A DNA stretch of 64,000 bases from Candidatus Marinacidobacterales bacterium (GCA_965222425.1 CBDCTW010000005.1:122247-186246), one strand, 5' to 3'; counted from the first letter of the stretch, positions 47,268-56,086 are shown. The notes: generated from the letters alone by a model not told the origin. A program made the numbers and translations.

Positions 47268-47378
47268 GACTTATCCAGAGTGGCAGAGGGATCGGGCCCT
47301 TGGATGCCACAGCAACCGGCGTAGCACGGTGCTAAATCCCGCGGGTGGTCCCCGGTGGGTCGACCTGGCAGATAAGAC
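47268..47378 (+). promoter_or_regulatory. SAM-I (S-box) riboswitch aptamer
   Basis: CTTATCCAGAGTGGCAGAGGGATCGGGCCCTTGGATGCCACAGCAACCGGCGTAGCACGGTGCTAAATCCCGCGGG...GGCAGATAAG. This matches the S-box consensus blocks: P1 CUUAUC/GAUAAG, AGAG-GG-GAGGGA, GGCCC, GCAACC, GGUGCUAAAUCC. Confidence 0.85.
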
Positions 47379-47380
47379 CG

Positions 47381-47412
47381 GGCCCTTCGGCGCTGTTGGA
47401 AGGGCTTTTTTG
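47381..47412 (+). terminator. Intrinsic terminator (riboswitch expression platform)
   Basis: GCCCTTC-ggcgctgttg-GAAGGGC followed by TTTTTT (47406-47411), 4 nt after the aptamer. Confidence 0.7.
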
Positions 47413-47523
47413 TTCTCCCGGCCTAACTGACGGGCTAGAAGCCCCAAAACACGAGGGGTAGTCCATCAAAGGAGGGGGGTGGTTTCGCCTCAGCCCGGCG
47501 CGACCTCCGGTAAAAGGAATATT

Positions 47524-48780
47524 ATGAGTTACCTCAAGGGTTTGGAATGCAAAGAGTGTGGGGCCGCCTATCCCGCCGACCGTAGTTTCTTCTGTTCGGA
47601 GTGTCTCGGTCCACTGGAAGTGGTCTACGACTACGAACGGATCAGGGCCGATACCGGGCCGGAACGCATCGCGAGCCGAGAGCCGAACCTCTGGCGCTAC
47701 CGGGAGTTGCTTCCTGTAACGGGCGAGCCCATAACGGGTCATCACTCCGGCTACACTCCCTTAGTCCACGCCAAACGTCTCGGCGAGTATCTTGGCGCGC
47801 CCAACCTCTACTTGAAAGACGATACCGTGAACCACCCTTCCCTTTCTTACAAAGACCGCGTGGTCTCTATCGCCTTGACTCGAGGAGCCGAGCTCGGCTA
47901 CCAAGTTTTCGCCTGCGCCTCCACCGGCAATCTGGGAAACTCGCTTTCTGCCCACTGTGCTCGCACCGGTTTCCCCAGCCTCATCTTCATCCCCCAAGAT
48001 ATCGAACCGCCGAAGATCACCGGTTCGTTGATCTATAACCCGCGCATCGTCGCCCTCGAGGGAAATTACGACGACGTCAATCGCCTATGCTGCGAGATCG
48101 GGGACGAGTACGGTTGGGGCTTCGTCAATGTCAACCTGCGCCCTTATTACACGGAAGGTGCCAAGACGCTGGGTTTCGAGATCGTGGAGCAGCTGGGCTG
48201 GAGATTACCCGATCACATGGTTCTACCGACCGCGGGTGGCACGCTTCTCCCGAAGGTAGCGAAAGCGTTCTCCGAGACGTTACGGCTCGGATGGGCGACC
48301 GGCGATGTTCGAATCCACTGTGCGCAAGCGGAGGGATGTGCACCGATCGTCCACGCGCTTCATCGCGGCGACGATCTCGTCGATCCCGAAAAACCGAACA
48401 CCATCGCCAAGTCGATCGCCATTGGTAACCCCGCCGACGGCCCGTACGTACTCAAGGAAGTCCGGCGAACCGGGGGGTGGGGAGAGACCGCCACCGACGC
48501 GGAGATCCTGAGCGCTGTCCACTTGCTTGCCGAAAAGGAAGGGATCTTCACCGAGCCGGCGGGCGGCACTACGGTCGCGGTCACGTTGAAGCTCATTGAC
48601 CAAGGCCGTATCGACCCCAAAGATACGATCGTCGTCGGCATCACCGGCAATGGCTACAAGGCCTTGGATACGTTCTCCTCTCGGCTCCAACTCGAGACAG
48701 TGCTACGTCCTCGACTGAGTGTCTTCCGCGAGTGGTACGAACAACACCAGCCTGTCCACGCCGCCCGCCCCTCGACATGA
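47524..48780 (+). CDS. Threonine-synthase-family PLP enzyme with N-terminal Zn-ribbon (second paralogue; function possibly not threonine synthesis)
   Basis: MSYLKGLECKECGAAYPADRSFFCSECLGPLEVVYDY (4-Cys ribbon). PLP-Lys motif variant LSYKDRVVS. 419 aa. AAAGGA then ATG 47524. First gene after the SAM-I riboswitch. Confidence 0.8.
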   Translation: MSYLKGLECKECGAAYPADRSFFCSECLGPLEVVYDYERIRADTGPERIASREPNLWRYRELLPVTGEPITGHHSGYTPLVHAKRLGEYLGAPNLYLKDDTVNHPSLSYKDRVVSIALTRGAELGYQVFACASTGNLGNSLSAHCARTGFPSLIFIPQDIEPPKITGSLIYNPRIVALEGNYDDVNRLCCEIGDEYGWGFVNVNLRPYYTEGAKTLGFEIVEQLGWRLPDHMVLPTAGGTLLPKVAKAFSETLRLGWATGDVRIHCAQAEGCAPIVHALHRGDDLVDPEKPNTIAKSIAIGNPADGPYVLKEVRRTGGWGETATDAEILSAVHLLAEKEGIFTEPAGGTTVAVTLKLIDQGRIDPKDTIVVGITGNGYKALDTFSSRLQLETVLRPRLSVFREWYEQHQPVHAARPST

Positions 48781-50027
48781 TCGGTCGGCGTGCTCGCGTA
48801 AGGAAGTACGGTGGGACTTCCGTGGGGTCGCCGGAAAGAATCCGCAAAGTGGCCCAGGACCTAGTGGACGATCACCGTCGCGGAGTTCCTCAAGTGGTCG
48901 TGGCGTCCGCCATGGCCGATACCACCGAGCAACTCCTCAACATGGCGCGGCGTGTGACCAAGCAGCCTCAAGCCCGCGAGCTGGACATGATGTTGACGAC
49001 CGGTGAACAGATCTCCATTGCCTTGTTGGCGATGGCGGTTCAAGAGCATGGGGTGAAGGCGACGGCACTCACCGGTGCCCAGTGCGGAATTCGAACCGAC
49101 GGCAACTTCACGCGCGCCCGCATTCAGAAAATCTCCACCCAGAAGATCGTGGGCATCCTCGGGCAGGATAACATCGTCATCGTTGCCGGCTTTCAGGGAG
49201 TGACTTCCGACGACGAGATCACGACGCTCGGCCGAGGCGGTTCCGATCTCACCGCGACCGCCTTGGCGGCGGCCCTGGAAGCTCCGGTTTGCGAAATCTA
49301 CACCGACGTCGACGGCGTCTTTACCGCCGATCCCCGCATCGTCCCCGAGGCGCGACTTCTCCACTGGATAAGCTATGAAGAGATGCTCGAGTTTGCGGCG
49401 GCGGGCTCCAAGGTCCTTCACCCGCGCTCCGTCGAAGTGGCCAGCCGATTCAATGTTCCGCTTCAGGTGCGTTCCTGCTTTCACGATCGTCCCGGAACCA
49501 CCATCATCAAGGAGGACGAGTTGGAGAAAGTAGCGATAACCGGTTGTACTGGAGATTCCAACGTGGCGCGGCTCGCGTTGACCCGCGTGAAAGACGTACC
49601 AGGTATAGCGGCGAACATTTCGAGCACACTCTCTGACGTCGAGATCAACATCCAACTCATCATTCAGGGGATCCGGCACGACCAGACCAACGACGTCTCC
49701 CTCATCGTCTCCGAAGACGATGCTGAGAGATCGGCGGAAGCGCTCCGCGGGATCGCCGAGAGAGTTGGTTCGGCCGAGGTTCTGATAGACACCGAGGTCG
49801 CCAAAGTCTCCGTGATCGGGTCCGGGATCGCCAGCACGCCCGGCGTTGCGGCACGCATGTTTCGAGCCCTGGCCGACGAAGGGATCAACATCGAGCTCAT
49901 CAGTAGCTCCGAGGTCCGGATCGCCTGCGTGATCCACTGCGATCGACTTCCCGACGCGGTCCGCGCCATCCACCGCGAGTTCGATCTCGAGAACTTGGAG
50001 AGGAAACGCATTGGCGACAAGCAATAA
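48777..50027 (+). CDS. lysC: Aspartate kinase
   Basis: KYGGTSVGSPERI, ...GRGGSDLTATALAAAL..., two C-terminal ACT domains. ATG 48777 overlaps the upstream stop (ATGA). Confidence 0.9.
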   Translation: MIGRRARVRKYGGTSVGSPERIRKVAQDLVDDHRRGVPQVVVASAMADTTEQLLNMARRVTKQPQARELDMMLTTGEQISIALLAMAVQEHGVKATALTGAQCGIRTDGNFTRARIQKISTQKIVGILGQDNIVIVAGFQGVTSDDEITTLGRGGSDLTATALAAALEAPVCEIYTDVDGVFTADPRIVPEARLLHWISYEEMLEFAAAGSKVLHPRSVEVASRFNVPLQVRSCFHDRPGTTIIKEDELEKVAITGCTGDSNVARLALTRVKDVPGIAANISSTLSDVEINIQLIIQGIRHDQTNDVSLIVSEDDAERSAEALRGIAERVGSAEVLIDTEVAKVSVIGSGIASTPGVAARMFRALADEGINIELISSSEVRIACVIHCDRLPDAVRAIHREFDLENLERKRIGDKQ

Positions 50028-51324
50028 AGGCTCTCCCCCCCGCTCGCGAATTGCCCTCGCCGGCCTGGGCACGGTGGGACGCGCCGTCGTGCGCCAGCTG
50101 AGAGAAGATGGCGCACGCTTGCGCGAGACCAGCGGTTCGGAGCTCGAGCTCAGCCTGATTTTCGACCGCAGCCACCACGAGAAGGATCTCTCCACTTTGG
50201 CGCCCGGCGTCGAGGTGACCGACTCCATTGACGAGTTCCTGGCGAGCCCCGCCGACATCATCGTCGAGCTGATCGGAGGGACCGACCCTGCCGATCGGAT
50301 CATTCGAGAAGGTCTGCAGAAACAAAAGGCAGTAGTGACCGCCAACAAACAGTTAATGGCCGAATCGGGAGGCCAGTACCTTGAGCTGGCAGAAAAGAAA
50401 GAAGCCTACCTGGGGTTCGAAGCCTCGGTGGCGGGAGGAATCCCCATTCTTCGCTTGTTGCGACGCTCTCTCGTCGCGGATCGTATTCTCTCCATCCGAG
50501 GAATTCTGAACGGGACGTGCAATTTCATTCTATCGGAGATGGCGGAGACAAAGCGGGAATTCGGAGACGTCCTGGCTCAGGCTCAGGAGCTCGGCTACGC
50601 CGAGGCCGATCCCTCACTCGATATCTCCGGCCGGGATACCGCCGACAAACTGACGATCCTGGCCGCCCTCGCCTTCGGCCGATGGGCCAAGCCGGGCCAA
50701 GTGACCACCCAAGGTATCTCCGAAATCGATCCGGTCGACTTCCTTTACGCCAACCGACTCGGGACGACGATCCGCATGCTGGGCGTCGCGAGCCGCGGCG
50801 AGAAGAACCTCTCGATGTGGGTAAGCCCCTTCTTGATCGATGAACAGCTTAACTTGTCGAAGATCTCTGGGGTTATCAACGCGGTCGAAGTCACCGGAGC
50901 GCGGCTCGGTTCGGCCCTCTTCAGCGGGGAAGGAGCGGGGGGTAATCCGACGGCGGTATCCGTCGTGGCCGATCTCCTAAATGCCGCTCGGTGGCGGCAA
51001 GGAAAATCGGTCTTCTCTGCCCCGCAGGCCAACAACGGCGGGGACGCAGACGATTGCACACCGGTCGAAAGTTGGCCCTTCTACATAAGGTTCTTCATCC
51101 GCGACCAGCCGGAGATCATTGCCAAACTCGCAGAGATCCTGGCTCGCCATGAGATCAACATCGATTCGGTGCTACAGGAAAGCTGGCACGAGCGAGACAA
51201 CTTACCCTTCGTCATCTCCGTCGACCCGACTCCCCTTCCCGCGCTCGAAAAAGCGCTGAGTGAGATGAGATCCCTCGACTTCATCAACACTCCGCCGTTG
51301 GCTTTGCCCATTCTGCGGCGTTAA
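50011..51324 (+). CDS. hom: Homoserine dehydrogenase
   Basis: IALAGLGTVGRAV, ...ANKQLMAE..., ILNGTCNFILS, C-terminal ACT domain. 437 aa. Confidence 0.9.
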   Translation: MATSNKGSPPRSRIALAGLGTVGRAVVRQLREDGARLRETSGSELELSLIFDRSHHEKDLSTLAPGVEVTDSIDEFLASPADIIVELIGGTDPADRIIREGLQKQKAVVTANKQLMAESGGQYLELAEKKEAYLGFEASVAGGIPILRLLRRSLVADRILSIRGILNGTCNFILSEMAETKREFGDVLAQAQELGYAEADPSLDISGRDTADKLTILAALAFGRWAKPGQVTTQGISEIDPVDFLYANRLGTTIRMLGVASRGEKNLSMWVSPFLIDEQLNLSKISGVINAVEVTGARLGSALFSGEGAGGNPTAVSVVADLLNAARWRQGKSVFSAPQANNGGDADDCTPVESWPFYIRFFIRDQPEIIAKLAEILARHEINIDSVLQESWHERDNLPFVISVDPTPLPALEKALSEMRSLDFINTPPLALPILRR

Positions 51325-51716
51325 AATTTCGGGATGGCATAGGTGCCGCGGCCCACGGCGATCACTGCACCGCTCAAATCGCGAACTTCGACGTCGGCGA
51401 CACCGATGGTCCGACCCACCTTGACGGTGCGGCCGATGGCGACGAGATCCCCCTTACGGGCCGGGCGGAGATAATCGACGCGAAGATCGATGGTCGGGAC
51501 ATTGCCCTTGGCCTTGGTGGTGATCGCGTAATCGCCGGCGATGTCGATGAGGGCGCTGACAACGCCTCCGTGCAACCAATCGGAGCCGTCTTGTCTCAGA
51601 AATTCATCACGGAAGGGCAATCGAATTTCCACGAGGCCGTCCTCGCTACGAACCGTCTCTATCCCGAGAAACCGCTGGTAAGGAGAGTCGTCTATTCGGA
51701 TTTCGTTTTCATTCAT
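51321..51716 (-). CDS. PaaI-family (hotdog) thioesterase
   Basis: ...LHGGVVSALIDIAGD... and ...TIDLRVDYLRPA... motifs. 132 aa from the internal ATG 51716, which overlaps the upstream stop (ATGA). Confidence 0.8.
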   Translation of the reverse strand: MNENEIRIDDSPYQRFLGIETVRSEDGLVEIRLPFRDEFLRQDGSDWLHGGVVSALIDIAGDYAITTKAKGNVPTIDLRVDYLRPARKGDLVAIGRTVKVGRTIGVADVEVRDLSGAVIAVGRGTYAIPKF

Positions 51717-53254
51717 TCCAGACTGCTCACTCTCTCCTTCGCCATCACACGAAGGGCGGCGCGATCCAGTTTTCCGGTACCGCCTAGTGGGAGGCGCTCG
51801 AGAAAGAAAACGTGCCGCGGATGAGCGTAGGCCGCTCCGTTTTGGAGGAAGAACGCCTTGACGTCTTCTTCCGAAGTTTGTCCCGCGACCCGCGCCACGA
51901 CGAACGCCACCGGCACCGCTCCTTTCACCGCGTGTTGCACCGGGACAACACACGCGTCTCTTAGTTGAGGATGCTTCAGGAGCATGTCTTCGACCTCCTT
52001 CGGATAAACATTCTCGACGCCGACGTTGATCATGTCGTCTTTACGTCCCAGGAAATAGTAAAAGCCGTCCTCGTCTCGGCGCATCAGATCTCCGGTGAAG
52101 AGCCAGCCATCCCGGAATCTCTCGGCCGTTGCCTCCGGCCGCTTCCAGTAACCTTTGGCCAAGCCCGGGTTGCGTGTGACCAGCTCCCCAACTTCGTTAG
52201 GCCCCACTTCGGTCGACCCGTCTTCGGCCACTAGCTTCACATCGCATCCCGGAAAAGCCATCCCACAATTTCCTCGCTTTTTGAGTCCCCAACGCGAGTT
52301 CACGATCGGTACCGGCCCACCTCAGTTAGACCGTAGCTCTCCGCCATCGGCGCCCCAAAAACACGACCGAACTCTTCTAGAAGCTCTTCGGACACTTCGG
52401 CCGAGCCGAAACGGCGTAGCGGATGGAGCTCACGTCATGCTGAGCCAAGGCCTCTTTTTCCGCCAGGATCATTTTGTACATCGCTGGCACGCCGGTCAGG
52501 TAAGTCACTCGATGTCGCTCGATGGCCTTGATCACCTGCAGCGGATCGAAGCCGGCAAGATGACGAGTGAGCCGCCGGCGAGCAAGAAGGGCTTGACCAC
52601 TCCGATCGTCGCGTTCTTGTGATAGAGAGGAACGGAGATGAGGGCTCGCTCGCTGTGGTCGGCGTGAAATGCCTTGCGCAAGATGTCGGCATTCCAAATC
52701 TGGCCGCCGTGGGTGAAAAGGACACCCTTCGGCTTACCCGTCGAGCCGGACGTGTAGGGCTGCATGCAGATCTCGTCGGGGTCGGTACGTCGACGCTCGA
52801 GGCGGTCGGGCTGCGATTCGAGAAAATGGTCATAGGACAGGAATCCATCGCCTGCCGGAGCATCAATGATGATGTGCTTCAAGCTCGGAGCGTCCTTCGC
52901 GAGTAGCCGAGCGCGGTCCGCCATATCTCGATTGGCAATGAGAACCGACGCCTTCGAGTCGTGGAGAACATAGCTCAAGGCTTCATCGCTCATGCGAGTG
53001 TTGAGCGGCACGGGGACCGCCCCGAAGCGCATGGGTCCGAAAGTGGATTCCAGGAAGCGGTAATCGTTGCTGAACATCAGCGCCACTCGCTCGCCCTCGC
53101 CCACGCCGATCTCGCGAAGGGCGTTGGCCATGCGATTACATCGAGCTTCGAGGTCTTGGAATGAGAGGACAATGTCGTCCTGGAAGACGGTGTGCTCGTC
53201 GGGGGTGAGCCGTAACGGGGCGTCGGAGATGTGTCCCAGATTATCCGGGAGCAT
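51713..53254 (-). pseudogene. AMP-dependent acyl-CoA synthetase with at least three frameshifts
   Basis: All expected blocks are present but in four frame segments. Segment 1: MLPDN...YTSGSTGKPKGVLFTHGG...LLAGGSLVILP. Segment 2: FDPLQVIKAIERHRVTYLTGVPAMYKMIL...IRYAVS. Segment 3: SAEVSEELLEEFGRVFGAPMAESYGLTEVG. Segment 4: PVPIVNSRWG...FTGDLMRRDEDGFYYFLGRKDDMINVGVENVYPKEVE...GKLDR. Shifts lie at about 52550, 52400 and 52310. Confidence 0.75.
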
Positions 53255-54320
53255 CTCCACTCTCCGGTTGGATGACAACTTTTCCGAAGACCTCGCGTTT
53301 CTCGAGAGCGATCTCTCCTTCGGCGGTGCGCTCCAGGGGCAACGCCCGATCCACAACCGGGCGGAGCTTGCCTTCGAACGCCAAGGCGACGACTTCTTCG
53401 AGCTCCTCATGAGTCCAACCGTTACTGCCCAGTAGTTTCTGCTCGCGGCGGAATAGATAACGGATGTCGGTAGGGCCGATCGGACCGGAGGTGGCACCAC
53501 AGGTCACCAGACGCCCTCCTTTGCCGAGCGCCCGAATACTGCGTTCCCAAGTGACAGCACCGACCGACTCGATCACAACCTCCACGCCACGTTTGCCGGT
53601 GAGTCGCCGGACAGTCTTGTCCCATTCCTCATTCTCGACATAATTAACGACGTCGTCAGCCCCGAACTCCCTCGCACGAGCCAACTTTTCCTCGGTGGAC
53701 GCGGTGGCGATGACCCGAGCGTTCAGGAGCTTCGCGATTTGTATCGCGGCCACCGCGACGCCACCTCCGGCGCCAAGCACTAACACCACTTCCCCAGGCT
53801 TCACTCGCCCATGGGTCACCACCATACGCCAGGCGGTCCCGTAGGTAACCGGCAAGCACGCGGCGTCGTCGAACGAATAACCCCCCGAAATCGGAATCGC
53901 TTGGTTGGCGGGGCAAGTCACATACTCCGCGAGTCCCCCGGGATCGAGCTCACCCAACATATGTGGCCGCAGGCACCGAGGTGTCTGACCCTCGAGGCAG
54001 TACTCGCACGTGCCGCATCCCCAGGTGGGATTCAGAAGCACGCGATCCCCCACCGCGGGTCGCCTGACCCCTTCTCCGACTGAGTCGACCACACCGGCAA
54101 TATCACCACCGGTAATGTGAGGCAGGGGTGTCGGCTCACCGGGCATCCCTTCGCGAACGAAGATGTCCAGAAAGTTTAGAGCACACGCCTTGATCTTGAC
54201 CCGGATCTCACCCAGCCCGGCCTTCGGTCGCGGCCACGCGGCCTCGAGCTTGAGCACCTCCGGGCCGCCGTGCTCATGGATCACGACCGCCCTCATGGTG
54301 TCGACTTCGGATACAGGCAT
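53241..54320 (-). CDS. Zinc-binding alcohol dehydrogenase / MDR-family oxidoreductase
   Basis: ...GCGTCEYCLEGQTPRC (structural Zn lobe), VLVLGAGGGVAVAAIQIA (Rossmann). Probable start MRAVVIHEHGG at about 54296. Confidence 0.85.
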   Translation of the reverse strand: MPVSEVDTMRAVVIHEHGGPEVLKLEAAWPRPKAGLGEIRVKIKACALNFLDIFVREGMPGEPTPLPHITGGDIAGVVDSVGEGVRRPAVGDRVLLNPTWGCGTCEYCLEGQTPRCLRPHMLGELDPGGLAEYVTCPANQAIPISGGYSFDDAACLPVTYGTAWRMVVTHGRVKPGEVVLVLGAGGGVAVAAIQIAKLLNARVIATASTEEKLARAREFGADDVVNYVENEEWDKTVRRLTGKRGVEVVIESVGAVTWERSIRALGKGGRLVTCGATSGPIGPTDIRYLFRREQKLLGSNGWTHEELEEVVALAFEGKLRPVVDRALPLERTAEGEIALEKREVFGKVVIQPESGDAPG

Positions 54321-54408
54321 CGAACGCTAAGAATAGTTCAAAGCCCTTCTCGAAAACAAAGTGCCCCAATCCACGAAAGAAAGGGTGGTATAACCTACTC
54401 CCACTTCA

Positions 54409-55008
54409 ATGGACAAACGTAAACATAGCAACGAGCCCTACGCGATTGCCGAGGCCATTTCGCCAGCCGAGCTCGAGGCGGAAATCAAAGAGCTCGAGCG
54501 GCTAGGCAAGTCGCCGTGGTTGGCGCGACTCCCGGGCTACTTGCGGCTCGGGGGCCCGGGTTTCATGGATGCCGCGCTCACTCTCGGCGCAGGAACGCTG
54601 ACCGCTGCGATGCTCTCGGGCGCCACCTTCGGATACAAGACGATGTAGCTCCTCTGGGTTTCCATGGGAATGGGCTGCTTCATGATGGCCGCGAGCGCGC
54701 GCTTTACCACCCGCGGGTTTCGCGTCATCGCCCTCCAGAACGAGCATCACGGCTGGATCATCGGCTCCTTGATGACCGCGCTCGTCGGTACTTCCGCGGT
54801 CGCGATTATTTTCAATTATGGCCAGTACAGCTTGGGCACTCATCTCATCGAATCGCTGACGCCATTGATGGGATTCGAGTTTCCTCGACAATACAACTGG
54901 GTGCTCTATATGGCGCTCACCAGTTGTTTGACGTTGAGCTATGGACGGGGAAAACATGGCATCCGGTTGGTCGAGAACTTCATGAAGCTCAGCATCCCGA
55001 AGTCGTAA
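54409..55008 (+). pseudogene. Nramp-superfamily-like metal transporter, amber-interrupted and C-terminally truncated
   Basis: ...LRLGGPGFMDAALTLGAGTLTAAMLSGATFGYKTM-TAG(54646-54648)-LLWVSMGMGCFMMAAS... in one frame. It ends after about 5 helices (about 200 codons), and no continuation appears in any frame. Confidence 0.55.
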
Positions 55009-55143
55009 GAGCTTTTCTGGCTGCGTTTCGATTGGGCGTCGACGTCCGAAAGGGCGTTACCGAAAAGCTCAAGGCGACTCTCGACACGGCTAAAGGGCGA
55101 GTCGAGCTTTCGTAAGCTCCTGAAACGTCACCGAGGTAGAACT

Positions 55144-55626
55144 ATGAGTCGCTCGAGTGAAGACCGAATGCTTCGAGAGCACCTCGCCAAGCTCCTGGCC
55201 GGAAAACAGGCTCATGTGGACTTCGACACCGCCGTCTCCGATCTACCTGCCGAGCTCCAGGGAAGAAAACCAAAGGGAGCATCGCACACCCCGTGGGAGA
55301 TATTGGAGCATTTGCGGATCGCGCAATGGGACATCTTGGAGTTCAGTCGCAACCCCAAGCACGTCTCCCCGAATTTCCCCGCCGGTTACTGGCCGGAAGA
55401 AGCCGCACCACCGGAGTCAGGATCGTGGGTGCAAAGCGTGGCCCTCTTTCAGGCGGATCTCAAAGCGTTTCGGGAATTCGTCCAGAACCCGGCGACCGAC
55501 CTCTACACTCCCATCCCTCATGGAGACGGGCAAACCGTCTTGCGGGAGGTGTTGGTCGCGGCCGATCATAACGCCTACCACTTGGGCGAACTGGTTTTGG
55601 TGCGGCGAATGCTCGGTGCCTGGTAG
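55144..55626 (+). CDS. DinB-family (four-helix bundle metal-binding) protein
   Basis: ...ILEHLRIAQWDILEF... and ...ADHNAYHLGELVLVRRMLG are DinB_2-type His motifs. 160 aa. Confidence 0.8.
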   Translation: MSRSSEDRMLREHLAKLLAGKQAHVDFDTAVSDLPAELQGRKPKGASHTPWEILEHLRIAQWDILEFSRNPKHVSPNFPAGYWPEEAAPPESGSWVQSVALFQADLKAFREFVQNPATDLYTPIPHGDGQTVLREVLVAADHNAYHLGELVLVRRMLGAW

Positions 55627-55780
55627 CTAAATTTCAGCTAAAGCTCGGTAAGTCGAGAGTTTAGAACAGTTTTCCAAGGCGGGAGGGAATCGGACGGAGG
55701 CCACGCGTAGGCCGTTCCTTCGTAACACCTTACAGGTCAAGGGCTTGACGGATCCACCTCCAGATGGTACAGTTTCTTTC

Positions 55781-56086
55781 GTGCCTCTTTATGAATACGA
55801 GTGCGAAAGTTGTGGCCACCGCTTCGAAATGCTGCAGAAGGTGGCCGACTCGCCGCTCACTTCATGCGTGAAGTGCGAAGGTAAGGTCGAACGGCTCTTC
55901 TCCTCCCCTGCCATTCAATTCAAAGGGACCGGGTGGTACGTCACCGACTACGCCCGCAAAGGCCAGGCTTCATCGACCGAGAGCGAAAGCTCCGAAAGCC
56001 CTTCTAAAACAAACAAATCTGAAAAGAACCGCTCCAAGAGCGGCTCTGCGGCGAGTGCTTCGAGCACGTCTAAAGAAAAAGACTAA
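55781..56086 (+). CDS. FmdB-family zinc-ribbon protein with Ser/Lys-rich tail
   Basis: (V)PLYEYECESCGHRFEMLQKVADSPLTSCVKCEGKVERLFS is the canonical FmdB CxxC...CxxC motif. GTG 55781 is the likely start. Confidence 0.8.
   Translation: MPLYEYECESCGHRFEMLQKVADSPLTSCVKCEGKVERLFSSPAIQFKGTGWYVTDYARKGQASSTESESSESPSKTNKSEKNRSKSGSAASASSTSKEKD

Noticed and set aside
7252-54648. Reassignment of TAG to a sense codon, or pyrrolysine decoding
   Set aside because: - TAG ends many intact genes at the expected protein termini. Examples are trxA at 3830-3832, the S4 protein at 12460-12462, the precursor at 9101-9103, DUF2784 at 11414-11416 and the TPR protein at 61096-61098.
- Four of the five amber-containing genes also carry frameshifts or deletions.
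- No pyl genes or suppressor tRNA are visible in the window.
55745-55773. Promoter-like TTGACG-17-TACAGT upstream of the FmdB zinc-ribbon gene
   Set aside because: - It would place the transcription start at or within 1-2 nt of the GTG start, giving a leaderless GTG mRNA. That is unlikely to be efficient.
- The TTG of the -35 box is itself the ORF-track start codon.
- Not enough evidence either way.
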